Part shown: piece by piece, positions 62,286 to 64,000 of the stretch
How the letters are laid out: every line of letters begins with the position of its first letter
Position numbering within the stretch: the stretch's first letter is position 1
Assembly (NCBI GenBank): GCA_030295235.1
Contig: AP026140.1
Location: forward strand, 186,001-250,000
Direction of reading: 5' to 3'
From: Fistulifera solaris
Lineage: Eukaryota
DNA: 64,000 nucleotides
The notes under the pieces: generated by a model
What the model was told of the DNA's origin: nothing
Database searches by the model: none
The model's input: the letters and a program-made list of their open reading frames with translations, nothing else
Position numbers and translations under genes: made by a program

Positions 62286-64000
62286 TTATGCTACATCCGC
62301 GTCCGGAAGAGGTGCTTTGCAAGCACCTGCACTGGTTGATAAAGGAACGCCTTTGTAGGTGGCCACACCGGAGCTGTCAGTTTTGAGGTCGGGAAATACT
62401 ACATCCAACATTTTCTTTTTTGATAATTTGGTTTTCTGTCGCGGGCTCTCCGTCAAACCCTTCTACCATGACACGCTCACCTATCTTTGCACCCTCAGGA
62501 GGCTCTACGAATTTCACTTGATCGCCAGCCGATGCGCATAGCACCATCCCGTGCGAAGGAAATCCAACCAACTTTCGTTCCTTCAAGTTTGACAGCACCA
62601 GAACACGCTGGCCTACTAAATCATCAACGCTGTAGTGAGCTCGGAGTCCAGAGGCTATTTTGCGGGGACCTTCCGGTTCCCCAATATCGATTTCTTCGCA
62701 AAATAGCTTTTCGGCTTCTTCATGCTCCCAGGCCTTGGTGATAATGCCGACGCGAATATCAAACTTCGAAACATCGATTTCAGCAGATGGAGCTTGTTCT
62801 TGTTTCTCAGATGCCGTCGTCAACTTTTCAGTTTCCTGTTTATTTAGGGCCTCTAATTCAGCAAGTGATCGGACGATTCGACTGGGTACTTTTTTCACCA
62901 CGTGGGTCCGGTTTAGGCTCTGGCTGTGGTTTTCCAGATAAGAAATTCGACAGGCCTGCGAAATGGCGACTCAATTGTGAGCTTTGATAAATAATACTCC
63001 GTATAAAAAATTTAAATATGCTGCAAGCAACGTACCATCATCGTAAAAGTGCGGAAACTGCTCCAGGAATCGCTTGTCGTTTTTCGTGAACTCGCGCAAA
63101 TCCTTGACTCCGTGAATTACCATACAAAAGCGCTCGACACCAAAACCGGCCGCGAAACCAGAATACTCGTTGGGATCAATGCCAGCCATTTCCAAAACAT
63201 TCGGATCAACCATCCCGCAACCCAATACTTCCATCCATTTTCCACGAAAGAATACGTCGACCTCCATGCTGGGTTCAGTGAAAGGGAAGTAACTCCCTCG
63301 AAAGCGAACCTGAATGTCGGGTCCCAACATTTCTTTCAAAAAGTGTTCGACGGTACCTTTTAAATGTCCCAGATTGAGTTCACCGCGCTTTTCTAACGCC
63401 AAAATTTCAACTTGATGAAACATTAGAGAATGTGTGGCATCAATATCGTCTTTTCGATACACCCGACCGGGCGCTACAATCCGAAGCGGAGGTTTGCGCT
63501 TTTTCAACTGTCGGATCTGTACGGAGGAAGTATGTGTACGCAACAAATACTCCATATCTTCCGTCAAATAGAAAGTGTCCTGCATATCGCGAGCGGGATG
63601 ATCTTTGGGGCAGTTGAGGGCTTCGAAGCAGTTGTAATCGGTCTCAATTTCGGGTGAATCTTCGACGGACGTGACGGTATCGTAACCGAGACTCGTAAAT
63701 ATATCAATGGCTTTTTCCATGGTCATACTCAAAGGATGACGACGACCGATATCGGGGTATCGAGAAATTCCAGGCATGGTGACATCAATGTACTCGGCTT
63801 TCATTTTTTCTTCAATCATTCCAATTTCCAATTGCTTCATACTTTCGGTTACTCTCGTCTCTAAAGCTTCCTTAATTTCATTCACCACTGCTCCTAATTT
63901 AGGTTTATCTTCATTCGAGAGTAGACGCATGTACCCCATGGCCTTGTTAATGGGTCCCTTTTTTCCCAAATATTCTCGACGAATAGCTTCCGCATCGGCA
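62286..64000 (-). CDS. pheS: Bacterial-type (organellar) phenylalanyl-tRNA synthetase alpha subunit, apparently fused to a C-terminal EMAP-II/Arc1p-like tRNA-binding domain (5' end beyond window)
   Basis: YLGKKG, HPARDMQDTFY, LRTHTS, YFPFTEPS, GFGVER; intron ~62956-63033; then DIRVG.I..AWEH..AEKL..EEIDIGE..R.IASGL..NLKERKLVGFPSHGMVLCA. Confidence 0.88.

Overview
Gene-dense eukaryotic nuclear DNA, almost certainly a diatom (bipartite plastid-targeting presequences of the ASAFAP type, short GT-AG introns, a diatom CoDi-like Ty1/copia element). About 25 host genes are recognisable, including an Oxa1-family insertase, acyl-CoA dehydrogenase, LeuC-LeuD fusion, acyl-ACP desaturase, PSF3, HSP70, Tim22, PKG, SPO11-3/TOP6A, peroxisomal LACS, SKP1, a sirtuin and PheRS-alpha. 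Mobile and repeat content: a 6.1-kb copia LTR retrotransposon with identical LTRs and a 5-bp TSD, a TA-flanked foldback MITE, a CRE-like LINE 3' fragment, a ~455-bp (CA)n tract, and several satellite families, including a palindrome-rich ~53-bp satellite upstream of HSP70. Many conserved genes are broken by single-base indels, often in homopolymer runs, most likely sequencing errors, so gene coordinates are reconstructed by eye. Most interesting: (1) a putatively plastid-targeted HTH + MJ1316 + GGQ release-factor fusion, suggesting coupled RNA-damage sensing and ribosome rescue; (2) a ~950-aa plastid-targeted membrane protein with disordered arms carrying two families of repeated short motifs, a candidate pyrenoid/Rubisco tether; (3) unusual fusions PheRS-alpha + EMAP-II-like domain, sirtuin + ZZ finger, and PAS-LRR-receiver. 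No database searches were run.
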